Program-made: the position numbers and the translations under genes
Source of the DNA: Desulfotignum sp.
GTDB lineage: Bacteria > Desulfobacterota > Desulfobacteria > Desulfobacterales > Desulfobacteraceae
DNA: 64,000 nt
NCBI GenBank assembly: GCA_036351635.1
Contig: JAZBPL010000036.1
Location: forward strand, 14,928 to 78,927
Reading direction: 5' to 3'
Shown: piece by piece, positions 8,764 to 18,843 of the stretch
How the letters are laid out: each line of letters begins with the position of its first letter
Numbering within the stretch: the stretch's first letter is position 1
Notes under the pieces: model-generated
What the model was told of the DNA's origin: nothing
The model's database searches: none
The model's input: only the letters and a program-made list of their open reading frames with translations

Positions 8764-11583
8764 TCAAAACGTATACCCGATGGAGAAATGGATCTTTCCG
8801 GAATCCTCTCCTGTTTCAGGATTCAGGCGGTATCCGTAAAGCAGGCCCACAGGACCCACCGGGGTCATATAGCGCAGACCCGAGCCCAGGGTGAATTTAA
8901 AGCCTTCGTCGCTGCCGGATTTTGTGGTATCCCGCAGGGAGCCTGCATCAACAAAGACAGGCAGCTCAAAATTGTTGCCAAGATCAATGCGTGCTTCCAT
9001 GGAGCCGGCAATCTGGGTCTTGCCCCCCAGCGGATCACCAGAAGCATCTATAGCCAGCTCATTTTCGCCAAATCCCCTTACATCTGAAATTCCGCCAAGA
9101 AAGAACAGCTGGTCATCAGGCAGATCAAGATCATCTGAAAAATTCTGGATGGTGCCGTACATGGCCTGAAACGCCAGTACCACCCGGGAAAAAGGCTGGA
9201 TATAGTATTTGGCCTTTACCTGGTATTTCACAAAATTGTCCAGGTCCTCCAGGATATCCCGGTTATAGCCGACAGATGCATTGAAATATAACCCGCTGGT
9301 GGGTTTTGCATAGGAGTCCACCGAAGACCAGGTAAAAAACGGGGTTGCCGATATAATCCCCCTGGGTTCGTATGCATCTGGATTTACACCGGCTGTCGTG
9401 CCGGTGGCATACTGTTCTCTGGATTCCAGGTTAAAGGCGGTGCCTGCTTTCAGTTGCGGGGTCAGCTGTTTTTCAAATGACACCGATGATCCGTATTTGC
9501 GGGAGCCGAAGTTCTGATTTTTTTGTTCTTCTTCAGAGGCGTATACATTAAAATCTGAATAAATATGTTGAGACAGAAAATCAAAATCCGTTATGCCCAG
9601 AATGGTATCATATCCGATACCGGAAACCTGAGCATCCAGATACAGTTTCCGGTTGGTGCCCAGAAAATTCCTGTTGCCGGCGGATACCGCCATATAGGCA
9701 TCTTTGGCTGTGTCATACCCGATGCTTGTGTCAAGAAAATAGGGTTTTTTCTCCTCCACATCGGTCAAAAAAAACACCTGGTCAAGATTTTCCCGGATAC
9801 CGACAGCTTTGAAATCCGCCCTTTCAATGCACTGGATATTTCTGATTTCTTTTTGCAGGGAAACAAAACTGTTCAAAGATACAGGTTCCCCCTTTTCAAG
9901 GGTGTTGTGCCGGAGTATCACCGAATCTTTCGTGTCAAAATTGCCGAATACCCATACCCCGCCCACCGTGGCACGGGTGTTTGGTTCCACCTGGAATGTG
10001 ACCTGGTAATCTTTTCCATCCGAATCAATACGGGTCTGGACATCTGCGTAAATATATCCTTTTTCCGCAAGGAACGAGAGAATAGCCATGCGGTCTGCAT
10101 CCACCTGTGACGGGATGAACGGCTCTTTTTCCCGGGTTTGCAGTATCTGTGTGATGTCTGATGCAAATATCTCCGGCAGGCCGGAAAGCGTTACCCGGGT
10201 GACATGCCTGCGGTATCCTTCGGCCACTTCAAATACCACATCGCCGAGCATCCTGTTATTTTTATCCGCTGCATCCCATGCCACATCAGCAGACACCTGT
10301 GTTTGTGCAAACCCTGCGCTGTCATAATAATTTTCCAGAATCTGTGTGTCATCCGAAACCATGTTCCGGGCAAAGGGACCGTCGTAAAAAATTCCTTTTT
10401 CCCGGGTATTCAAGAGGGCTTTAAGATCCCCTGCATCCTGGGATTCCGACCCTTTGATAACAGATGATCTGACAATATAGCGGGTGTTTTCATTGATCTG
10501 TATCTGGACGTGCCGGACCGGTTTGTCACCTTTGATTTCAGTGTCAGCGGTAAAATACACCTCGCAGTCCCTGTAACCGGCCTTCAGGTACCTGTCTGTG
10601 ATGTTTTTGATGCTGCGTTTCAACCCGAAATCATTGCGGTTCCCCTTTGTCCAGATGGTTATGTCTTTTCTCAACGTATAGTTCATGAATTCTTTGTTCC
10701 CGGAAAAAGAAATCCGGTACAGCGGACCTTCCGCTATCTGGATCTTCACCCTGGCGGCTTTTTTGTCAACATCCGTGTGCACATCATAGGTGATGGCAGC
10801 CTCGGCAAATCCTTTTTTTCTGTAATAGGCCACAAGGTTTTTGATATCTGTTTCCAATTCCTTCTGGATGGTTCTCTTGCCTTTGCTCCAGAAAAAAAGC
10901 GGTAGTTGATAGGATTTCATGCGCATTCTAAGCCGGGTGTCGGAAAACACGGTATTGCCTGTAAATGCAATGTCCACGGTTTTCAGGGGCGCATGCTTTT
11001 TGATCTCAATCAGAATGTCTGTCTGCAGTCCCCGGTAAGGATCAGCTGTAATATCCACCTCTGCATCCACATACCCTTTTTCCACCATCAGGGCCTTGAC
11101 AGCCTGAACGTTTTTTTTCACATTGTCCGGGACAAAGGCACTGCCTGCGGCATAATCCGTGACCTTGACAACCGCATTGCCAAATATTGGAAATGCGCCG
11201 TCAACAGTTATTTTCCGGACCAGCATAACCGGGGTGAGCCGGAAAACAAGGGGGATGGACAGGGCATCCATATCCTGGTCCGGCACATCGATCCGGCTGA
11301 ACTGCCCGGTCTGTTTCAACAAGGTGATCGTGGTATCCAGATCCTTTGCTGTGAAAAGGCTGCCCGGCTGAAACCGGATCATCTCCATGGCCATGGCGTG
11401 CAATTTTTCCTGTCTTTTTTCAGTGCCGCCCAAAATTTCCACACGGATCTCTGAGATGACCGGCCGGGTATCACCGGCATCGGCAGGGAGGACGCAGATA
11501 ACCAGCCACAGCATTGCAAGAAAAAAAACAATGCCTGTGCCGAACAGTATCTGTGGATCTGGTTTGTTATCGGAATGGATCAT
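8764..11583 (-). CDS. Omp85-family outer-membrane protein (TamA/BamA-like) with about 7 POTRA domains
   Basis: Signal peptide, repeated POTRA motifs (F.GN..F; Y...G(F/Y)..A), VRGF loop motif, TPVGP, C-terminal FSIGYTF. Adjacent to tamB. Confidence 0.88.
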   Translation of the reverse strand: MIHSDNKPDPQILFGTGIVFFLAMLWLVICVLPADAGDTRPVISEIRVEILGGTEKRQEKLHAMAMEMIRFQPGSLFTAKDLDTTITLLKQTGQFSRIDVPDQDMDALSIPLVFRLTPVMLVRKITVDGAFPIFGNAVVKVTDYAAGSAFVPDNVKKNVQAVKALMVEKGYVDAEVDITADPYRGLQTDILIEIKKHAPLKTVDIAFTGNTVFSDTRLRMRMKSYQLPLFFWSKGKRTIQKELETDIKNLVAYYRKKGFAEAAITYDVHTDVDKKAARVKIQIAEGPLYRISFSGNKEFMNYTLRKDITIWTKGNRNDFGLKRSIKNITDRYLKAGYRDCEVYFTADTEIKGDKPVRHVQIQINENTRYIVRSSVIKGSESQDAGDLKALLNTREKGIFYDGPFARNMVSDDTQILENYYDSAGFAQTQVSADVAWDAADKNNRMLGDVVFEVAEGYRRHVTRVTLSGLPEIFASDITQILQTREKEPFIPSQVDADRMAILSFLAEKGYIYADVQTRIDSDGKDYQVTFQVEPNTRATVGGVWVFGNFDTKDSVILRHNTLEKGEPVSLNSFVSLQKEIRNIQCIERADFKAVGIRENLDQVFFLTDVEEKKPYFLDTSIGYDTAKDAYMAVSAGNRNFLGTNRKLYLDAQVSGIGYDTILGITDFDFLSQHIYSDFNVYASEEEQKNQNFGSRKYGSSVSFEKQLTPQLKAGTAFNLESREQYATGTTAGVNPDAYEPRGIISATPFFTWSSVDSYAKPTSGLYFNASVGYNRDILEDLDNFVKYQVKAKYYIQPFSRVVLAFQAMYGTIQNFSDDLDLPDDQLFFLGGISDVRGFGENELAIDASGDPLGGKTQIAGSMEARIDLGNNFELPVFVDAGSLRDTTKSGSDEGFKFTLGSGLRYMTPVGPVGLLYGYRLNPETGEDSGKIHFSIGYTF

Positions 11584-11586
11584 TTG

Positions 11587-14500
11587 TTATCTGAACTCCA
11601 GCTTGAGGGTGACTTCCGTGCCGAAATCGCCTTTTGAATCATTGAACGCCCTGAGCAGGACATTTTCCAGCATTTTGTATTCCGCAGCATTGGTATGGAT
11701 GGTCTCTTGTTCTTCCGTCTGCATGGAATAGATGATTTTCAGGCGGTCTGACAACTGCTTGCCCATGGTAACATTCACATTTGCCCCCTGGTCTCCGGAT
11801 TCATCCAGTCCCAGTTTGAATTCATCCAGCGGGGTGGATGATTCCACACCCTGGCTGACCATTTCAGAGGCTTTGTCCGTGAAAATACCGGTATATGAGC
11901 CGCCCCCCTGCCCCAGCTCCTTTGTGGTCTTGCCTATAACAAGCAGGGATAAAATATCTTCATGGGTTTCAGCAGGATCAGAATACAGCCTGAATCTCAG
12001 GTTGTCTGTTTTTCCACTGATGTTCATGTGGATCGTCCATTTTCGTATCTCCGTGATTGCATGCAAAGTGATTTCCGGATCAGTTTTGAACTGGTCAACA
12101 AAATCGATGATCCCTGTTTCAATTTCAAACTGTCTTTTTTGATACACCACGGTGCCTTCCAGGATCCGGGCACGTCCTGTAACCACTGGGTTTTTAAGTG
12201 TGCCGGAAATATGTACATCAGGTTCCACCAGGATAAAGGCCAGGTTGTTGTCCAGCACAACCGGGTCTTTGTAATCCACATCAATATCAATGGTGGTGTT
12301 TTCCATCATGGGGTTTTTTGTGTCTGTTTTTTTGCTTTCTTTTGCAGCAGCCATTTTCCGGCTCTCCAGGGCCTCGGCCAGATCAAAGGCAAAATCCTTG
12401 TAATATTCCCCTTTGGTCAGCAGTATGGTGCCGGTAAGGGCGGATTTTTCCCGGGTTCCGGAAAAGGTCATATCGGTGTCAAAGGCTATCTCTGCAGTAT
12501 CTTCCAGGGAAAGGGCAATGTTTTTTGCTGTCAGCCTGGCCTGGCCGGACACCGGGATAAAATTTTCCAGTTCCAGGTCCCCGGACATCTCAAGACTGCC
12601 CTGGCCGAGATTTGCCCCCATATTTTCAATTGTCAGATGGTGGTTGGACAAACTGACAGCGCCGGTAAGCCCGGATATGGCAAGGTTGACCCCGGGAACA
12701 GGATATGCCAGGTCTGCCAGGGTAAGCTGTGCATTTACATCCGGTTGGGCAAAGGTGCCGTCCAGGTCTGCAGCAAGTGTGACAATGCCGCTTGCCGGCT
12801 GCAGGCTGTCAGTGATTTTTGGGGGCAGCAGGATGTTCACCCGGCCCCGTGACAGCATATGGCCGTTTACCACGGCCTGTATCCCCTGCACCCCGGCGGT
12901 TTCCAGAAACCGGTCCAGCCGGGTATCGGCAAATGTCAGGTCCAGATCAAAATCTGCGGTATCCGGGTTGAAAGATGCGGCAAGACTGGTTGCATGGTCC
13001 AGGGTCACAGACAAGTCCAGGGCTTTTTGGTCTGTGTTTTTTTTGTCCGGTCTGTTCAGATTCAGGACAGCCTGGATGTTTTTCAATGGTATGCGGTCTT
13101 TGGAAGCAGCAGAAGGGCTGCCGGAAAAATCAGCTGCAGCCCCGGCATAATTCAGGTGAATATCAAGGGCGGATTCCAGCATGCCCACAAACAGGTTTTC
13201 TGTGTTGCCGGGTGTGGAAGACACCGGCAGGGTGATCTCTTTACCTGAAAGAATCAGGGCCATATCCATCTGCCCTGCCCCTTTTTTTTCATTGCGTTGG
13301 ATGTCTGCGGTAACAGAAAGGGTGCCCTCAGCCTTTCCGGCGCTTTCCAGGACATGGCCGGGAATCAGTGCGGCAATGTTGCCTTTGGATGTCACCTGTC
13401 CGGTCAGGGTCCCGGCAGTCCCGGTGAAACCGGCTGTCTGTAAAAACGGCCCCACCAGGGTGTTGTCAAATGTCAGATCCAGATCATAGTGGGCATTTTC
13501 CGGATCAAGAACAGATGAGAGATTAATGGTGGTGCCTGCCTGCAGATCCAGCCGGGTTTTTCCCAGATCGATCAGGGCCGTTATCTGTTTCACAGGCAAA
13601 AATAAGGAACTGCTGCTGCCGGATTTTTCCAGGCGCAGCCCAGGGGGCTCCAGATCCAGGGCAAGATCTGATGCCAGATCAAATATCTGGATTGGATCGC
13701 TTTTTTTTGATCCGGCTGTCACCGGGATTGCCAGGTTTTTTGCATCCAGTGCCAGGCGGCAGGTCTGCAGGATGCTGCTGGAAAAAGCGGCATCTCCGTT
13801 CAAAGATATTTGTCCGCCATTGATCCGGGTTTTGATATCCTGGATACGGATATGGTCCGGGGAGACCGTAATCCGGCCATTGAGGTCTGAAACAGTGATC
13901 CGGGGGGAGGGAAGGTGCCAGGCCAGATCGTTCAGGTCCATGTCTGCATTGATCACAGGCGTGTCCACCGTGCCCCCCACATCAGCGGCAACCGTCAGGC
14001 TGCCTTTTACCGCACCCAGATGGCCTGCAACCGACGGCGGCAGATCAGCCGGCAGTCTGCCTGCAACCCGGACCCATCCGTCGATGCCCCCATGGATACC
14101 GGTGATACCGGCTGCTGACAGCAACGGCCCGAAATCACTGCGGCGCAAATCAAGATCAGCTGAATAGGTGTTTTTTTTCATGTCCAGGGCAGCTGCAAGT
14201 TCCGCCATATTTTCCAGGGATAAAGATATGGTTTTTTCTCCCAGATCAATCTGAGCCCCGATTTTTTGAAAGGGGATATCCATGTGCTGCATTCCGGCCG
14301 TATCAAGGGTGGTGGTGCCCACGGTGTAATCCAGGTTTGTATCCAGATCAAATCCAATGGCGGTATCCAGATACTGCAGGTCAATGCCAGCATCAGCCTG
14401 GGCAAGAAACTGGCCGGGATTGATCTGTCCGCCTGTTTTAAGGGATACCTGGATCACCTCTTTAGGGGTAAATCCTTTGTCAAAAATTCGGGCTGTGCCG

Positions 14501-16188
14501 GAAGCTGCCAGCTTCATTTCCTGTCCCTGGACAAGGAACCGGGTGATTTCAGCCCGGCCGGTGTTGTCCAGTTTCCCTTCAACATCCACAAGGTCCAGTA
14601 CAATCCCGGCGGCCCCGAGATCCCGGCCTCTCAGCGCGGCAGTGATATCCGGAGCGGAAACAGGCCCTGCAGCATGAACAGCTGCTGTCAATTTTCCTGT
14701 GACTGGAAAAAGTCCAAAGGCCCTGGTTGCGGCATCCAGGTCTTCTGCGGCAAGAGAAATATCCATATCCAGGGTGTTTTCTCCCATATGGTACCAGCCA
14801 GAAGCCTTTGCCTGCAGGGTTTTGGTATCCACAGTAAGATTGTCCAGGGTGCAGCGCAGGCTGTTAATTTTTCCGGACAGGCGGGCATCCGCATCCATGG
14901 GATCTGTTGCTCCCTGATCATGTTTAAACCCGGTAAGGGAAACTGCCAGTTTATAATCTGCTGTAAGGGTTTCCATGGAGATCCCCTTGCCCCTGATATC
15001 TCCATGGGAGGAAAACTGTCCTGAATATCCGGGCATCCACGGGGCTAAACGGGCAAAATCTCCCCCCTGCTGATCAAATGACACCGCATAGGCCAGACGG
15101 TCCATATCCCGGACCGGATGCAGAAAACCCTCAGGAAAAAGCGATGACAGATCTGTTGCTCCGGAAAATTCCATTCGGCTGTCCAGCAGATTCACCTGTC
15201 CCTGTGCAATGGTCAGTACCTGTTCAGCCAGATCCATTGTGATATCCAGGCTGCCTTTTTTAAAGGTCTGTTCCATTTCCATGTTCTGTCCATTGATCTG
15301 CAGCTGCACAGACGGATTGTTCAGGGATCCCGTGCCGGTTATTGACAGATCCACAATGCCTCCGAGATCCGGCATGTTTTCTGATATCTGCGACACCCGG
15401 TCAAGATGTGCTGCTGCATCAAGTGTCAGATGCATTTTCCGGGTGTTGAAAATATCCTCCACAGATCCGGATACGGTGAGAACTCCCAGGTCTGAATCCA
15501 GATCAATGGCAATATCATTTATATCATTTTCTTTCAGGACACCCGCAGTTGTAAAGGTTCTGATATCAATGGCTGCTCCGGGATAGGAAAGGGATATGCC
15601 GCTGATTTTTACAAAAACTGCAGCTGTCCGCTGCACCAGATCGGCATCCGATATTTCAACGGTTACAGCTGCAGCTGAAACAGTGTTTTCAGGATCAGTA
15701 AAGACCACAGAGCCGTCGGTGATTCCGGCCTTTCTGATCTTTACATGCAAAGGGAGTCCGGCCGCATCCTGGTCATCAGTCTGGATATCTTCAGGTGTGT
15801 CATCACCGGCAACAAGGGCATCAAGGATATTTATCCTGCCGCTGCCGTCAGCAGCAATATGCAGTCTGGGCCGGTCAATATGCAGGTTCTCTATTTCTAG
15901 AACCTTGTCAAACAGGGCACTGAGCCGGATATCCAGCCTGAGGAAATCAAATGCCAGGCAAATGTTTCCCTGTGGATCCTGCAGCTGCAGGTTTTCCAGC
16001 CGGAGAAATGATCCGGAAGCCAGCACATTGATACGTTCTGCCTTCAGTGTGCCGGGAATCAGGGTGTTGATGTGATCAACCAGCAGATTTTTTGCATGGT
16101 CCGTTCGGCTGTACCCGTAAAGCCCGGCTACCAAAGCGGCAAGGCATATCAGAATGACAGCCCCGGTAACAAGTATTTTTTTTTTCAT
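11587..16188 (-). CDS. tamB: Translocation/assembly module TamB (DUF490 C-terminus)
   Basis: N-terminal membrane anchor and a long beta-rich body. C-terminus has LYSDP...EDILSLLVIG and VTMGKQLSDRL. Confidence 0.85.
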   Translation of the reverse strand: MKKKILVTGAVILICLAALVAGLYGYSRTDHAKNLLVDHINTLIPGTLKAERINVLASGSFLRLENLQLQDPQGNICLAFDFLRLDIRLSALFDKVLEIENLHIDRPRLHIAADGSGRINILDALVAGDDTPEDIQTDDQDAAGLPLHVKIRKAGITDGSVVFTDPENTVSAAAVTVEISDADLVQRTAAVFVKISGISLSYPGAAIDIRTFTTAGVLKENDINDIAIDLDSDLGVLTVSGSVEDIFNTRKMHLTLDAAAHLDRVSQISENMPDLGGIVDLSITGTGSLNNPSVQLQINGQNMEMEQTFKKGSLDITMDLAEQVLTIAQGQVNLLDSRMEFSGATDLSSLFPEGFLHPVRDMDRLAYAVSFDQQGGDFARLAPWMPGYSGQFSSHGDIRGKGISMETLTADYKLAVSLTGFKHDQGATDPMDADARLSGKINSLRCTLDNLTVDTKTLQAKASGWYHMGENTLDMDISLAAEDLDAATRAFGLFPVTGKLTAAVHAAGPVSAPDITAALRGRDLGAAGIVLDLVDVEGKLDNTGRAEITRFLVQGQEMKLAASGTARIFDKGFTPKEVIQVSLKTGGQINPGQFLAQADAGIDLQYLDTAIGFDLDTNLDYTVGTTTLDTAGMQHMDIPFQKIGAQIDLGEKTISLSLENMAELAAALDMKKNTYSADLDLRRSDFGPLLSAAGITGIHGGIDGWVRVAGRLPADLPPSVAGHLGAVKGSLTVAADVGGTVDTPVINADMDLNDLAWHLPSPRITVSDLNGRITVSPDHIRIQDIKTRINGGQISLNGDAAFSSSILQTCRLALDAKNLAIPVTAGSKKSDPIQIFDLASDLALDLEPPGLRLEKSGSSSSLFLPVKQITALIDLGKTRLDLQAGTTINLSSVLDPENAHYDLDLTFDNTLVGPFLQTAGFTGTAGTLTGQVTSKGNIAALIPGHVLESAGKAEGTLSVTADIQRNEKKGAGQMDMALILSGKEITLPVSSTPGNTENLFVGMLESALDIHLNYAGAAADFSGSPSAASKDRIPLKNIQAVLNLNRPDKKNTDQKALDLSVTLDHATSLAASFNPDTADFDLDLTFADTRLDRFLETAGVQGIQAVVNGHMLSRGRVNILLPPKITDSLQPASGIVTLAADLDGTFAQPDVNAQLTLADLAYPVPGVNLAISGLTGAVSLSNHHLTIENMGANLGQGSLEMSGDLELENFIPVSGQARLTAKNIALSLEDTAEIAFDTDMTFSGTREKSALTGTILLTKGEYYKDFAFDLAEALESRKMAAAKESKKTDTKNPMMENTTIDIDVDYKDPVVLDNNLAFILVEPDVHISGTLKNPVVTGRARILEGTVVYQKRQFEIETGIIDFVDQFKTDPEITLHAITEIRKWTIHMNISGKTDNLRFRLYSDPAETHEDILSLLVIGKTTKELGQGGGSYTGIFTDKASEMVSQGVESSTPLDEFKLGLDESGDQGANVNVTMGKQLSDRLKIIYSMQTEEQETIHTNAAEYKMLENVLLRAFNDSKGDFGTEVTLKLEFR

Positions 16189-16468
16189 TATCAGGTTATT
16201 CTATTATTTTTTCCCTGGTCATTTTCAGCTTTCAGTAACATCATCATGGCCAATAGTATATCATACCCCCCAAAAATATCCCAATGACAAATTTCAGGCA
16301 CGCTTGACTTCCAACGGCAAATCGCATACGTCTTTCTGGTATATCCGTGTAACGCAAATTTTAAATGAGGCACTGTGATAAGGATATCTCACCTGATTGT
16401 ATAACAGAAAATGACCGGGTACCTTGCACATGAAGAGAATTTATTTTATTTGATTTATTCAACCAATT

Positions 16469-16485
16469 GCGGCATATTATTTGCT
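16469..16485 (+). promoter_or_regulatory. sigma54 (-24/-12) promoter of the ABC transporter operon
   Basis: GCGGCATATTATTTGCT, matching GG-N10-GC with TTGCT. Confidence 0.6.
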
Positions 16486-16599
16486 AAAACAAAACCATAT
16501 TGCACAATAAATTTTACCACTGCATGCGATGATTGATTACAACCGGAACGTTGCCTCCTGCTGATTTTCCCCATTGTGCATGGAAAATAAGGGCCAGAA

Positions 16600-16625
16600 A
16601 AAACGTATCAATCATGATACGTTTT
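16600..16625. repeat. Perfect inverted repeat in the 5' leader, with a third arm copy at 16649-16658
   Basis: AAAACGTATCA-atca-TGATACGTTTT. Confidence 0.8.
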
Positions 16626-16645
16626 AAGCATAAGGAGAAAAAGGT

Positions 16646-17914
16646 ATGAAACGTATCAGGTCAGGTTTCTGGTTTGTCCTTCTTGTAACAGTGGGGATGA
16701 TTTTATGGTCCGGTAATGCGATTGCTGCCAAACCCATTATCCTGGGGGCTCCGCTGTCCACTGCCTATCTTTACGGCTGGGATGCGGAACGGGGTATCCG
16801 GCTGGCAGTGGATGAAATCAATGCCCAAGGGGGTGTATCAGTGGGCAGTGAAAAACGCCCCTTTGCCGTGGAAGTGATCGACACCCGGGATCTGGAACCC
16901 GGCGTGCCGGTGAGCGAGGCCCTCATGGCGGTGGAACGGCTGATTCTCAACAAGAATGCGGATTTCATCGTGGGCGGTCCCAACCGGTCCGAAGCGGCCC
17001 TGGCTGCCATGTCTTTGCTGTCCAAACACAAACGGGTGTCCATTGTCACCTCCGGGGTGCTCACCCCCAAGTATCACAAGACCGTGGAAGCCAATTACGA
17101 CAAATTCAAATACGCTTTCCGAATCCACGGGGAAGCCGTGAATCTCATCGGCGAAATCATTGCCAACTTTGCTGATCTCAAGGAAAAATACGGCCTGACC
17201 AAGGTGTTCATCATGGCCCAGGATGTATCCCATGCCAGGGGTGCGGCAGAGGTCATGGGCAAGGTGGCCGGCTCCAAGGGGTTTGAAGTCACGGGCACCG
17301 AAATTTATCCCACAGGTGCCACCGATTTTTCCATGGGACTGCTCAAGGCGAAATCCACCGGGGCCGAGATCATCAACATCTGGATGGACATGCCGGAAAG
17401 CGCCATCCTGCTCAAGCAGTGGTATGACCTGAAAATCCCGGCCCTGCCCTTCGGCTCCACCCTGGCGGCAGCGGAACAGCCCGGGTTCTGGGATGCCACC
17501 GACGGCAAGGGGGAATACACCCTGTGCAACGTGGTCAATGCGGGCAACGCCCCGTCCGAAGCCACCCCCTGGACCATGGAATTCTACAACGCCTATGCAA
17601 AAAAATGGGGGGTGGAACCCGAAGGCCTGGGGTCTTCCTCATCCTACATGGCGGTATATGCCCTCAAGGATGCCATTGAGCGGGCCGGCACCATCGATGC
17701 GGACAAGGTGGTCACCGCCCTGGAGCAGATCGATATGATGGGGGTATACGGCCGGCTCCGGTTTGACCCCAAAACCCACCAGGTGATTCCATCCACAGAT
17801 CCCAAAGAAGGGGCGGTGGGCTCCATCCTCCAGTGGCAGGACGGCAAACGGGTGGTGGTGTATCCCAAAAGCATTGCCATGGGGGAAATTCTGCTGCCGC
17901 CCTGGATGAAATAA
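16646..17914 (+). CDS. Liv-type (HAAT) ABC transporter substrate-binding protein
   Basis: Signal peptide, LAVDEINAQGGV, TDFS..LLKA, DAIERAGT. Confidence 0.9.
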   Translation: MKRIRSGFWFVLLVTVGMILWSGNAIAAKPIILGAPLSTAYLYGWDAERGIRLAVDEINAQGGVSVGSEKRPFAVEVIDTRDLEPGVPVSEALMAVERLILNKNADFIVGGPNRSEAALAAMSLLSKHKRVSIVTSGVLTPKYHKTVEANYDKFKYAFRIHGEAVNLIGEIIANFADLKEKYGLTKVFIMAQDVSHARGAAEVMGKVAGSKGFEVTGTEIYPTGATDFSMGLLKAKSTGAEIINIWMDMPESAILLKQWYDLKIPALPFGSTLAAAEQPGFWDATDGKGEYTLCNVVNAGNAPSEATPWTMEFYNAYAKKWGVEPEGLGSSSSYMAVYALKDAIERAGTIDADKVVTALEQIDMMGVYGRLRFDPKTHQVIPSTDPKEGAVGSILQWQDGKRVVVYPKSIAMGEILLPPWMK

Positions 17915-17976
17915 CAGGCGAATCTTTTCGGCGGATTTACTGTTCTTTTGACCCTTGAACCGGGGAAAGTTGTGTT

Positions 17977-18843
17977 ATGGAAATTCTTGTCTACGGGACC
18001 ATCAATTCCGTGTCCCTGGCCCTGATGGGCCTGGGGTTCGCCATGGTGTACGGCATCAGCCGGGTGCCCAATTTCGCCCATGGTGCATTGTATATCATCT
18101 GCGGGTTCGTTACCTGGACGCTGCTCCAGAAACTGGGCCTCCCCTATGGGCTCGCCATTGTGCTGTCCCTTGCCGTCAACGGGATTCTGGGCATTCTCAT
18201 GTACCGCCTGGTCCTGATCCGGGTGCGGGGCATGAACATCTCGGAAATCATCAGCTCCTATGCCATCGGCCTGGCCATTCTGGAGGGCCTGCGCTACGGC
18301 GGTTTCCGGGGCATGACCTATACCCTGCCCGTGTTCATGGAAGGCATGGTGGTCATCGGCGGGGTGCCGGTGGATTATCACCGCATTGTGATGGTGGTGA
18401 TCGGCATCCTGCTGGTGGCGGGATTGTGGGTGTTCACCCATTTCACCAAACTGGGCCTGGCCCTCCAGGGCATGGCCCAGGATGAACGGGCCGCTCTCAT
18501 GCTGGGCATCGATTCCGATTTCATGGCCATGCTGGCCATGGGGTTCGGCGCGGTCCTGGCCGGGGTGGCGGCCATCGCCATCCTGCCGCTGGGTAATATT
18601 GTGGTGGAATCCGGGTACCATGTGCTGATCATGTCCATTGCCGTGTGCATTGTGGGGGGGCTGGGCTCCTGGATGGGGGCGTTTTTTGCCGCCTTTATCA
18701 TCGGGTATGCCCAGATTCTGAGTGTGGTGTTCCTGGGGTCCCATTTTCAAATGGTGGTGGCCATTATGGCCATTATTCTGACCCTTATCCTGAAACCGTC
18801 CGGCCTGTTCGGCCAGCAAAAGGAACTGGAGGACAGGGTATGA
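17977..18843 (+). CDS. Liv-type ABC permease (LivH-like)
   Basis: GFAMVYGISRVPNFAHG, TKLGLAL..MAQD..AA.MLGI, IVGGLGS. Confidence 0.9.
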   Translation: MEILVYGTINSVSLALMGLGFAMVYGISRVPNFAHGALYIICGFVTWTLLQKLGLPYGLAIVLSLAVNGILGILMYRLVLIRVRGMNISEIISSYAIGLAILEGLRYGGFRGMTYTLPVFMEGMVVIGGVPVDYHRIVMVVIGILLVAGLWVFTHFTKLGLALQGMAQDERAALMLGIDSDFMAMLAMGFGAVLAGVAAIAILPLGNIVVESGYHVLIMSIAVCIVGGLGSWMGAFFAAFIIGYAQILSVVFLGSHFQMVVAIMAIILTLILKPSGLFGQQKELEDRV

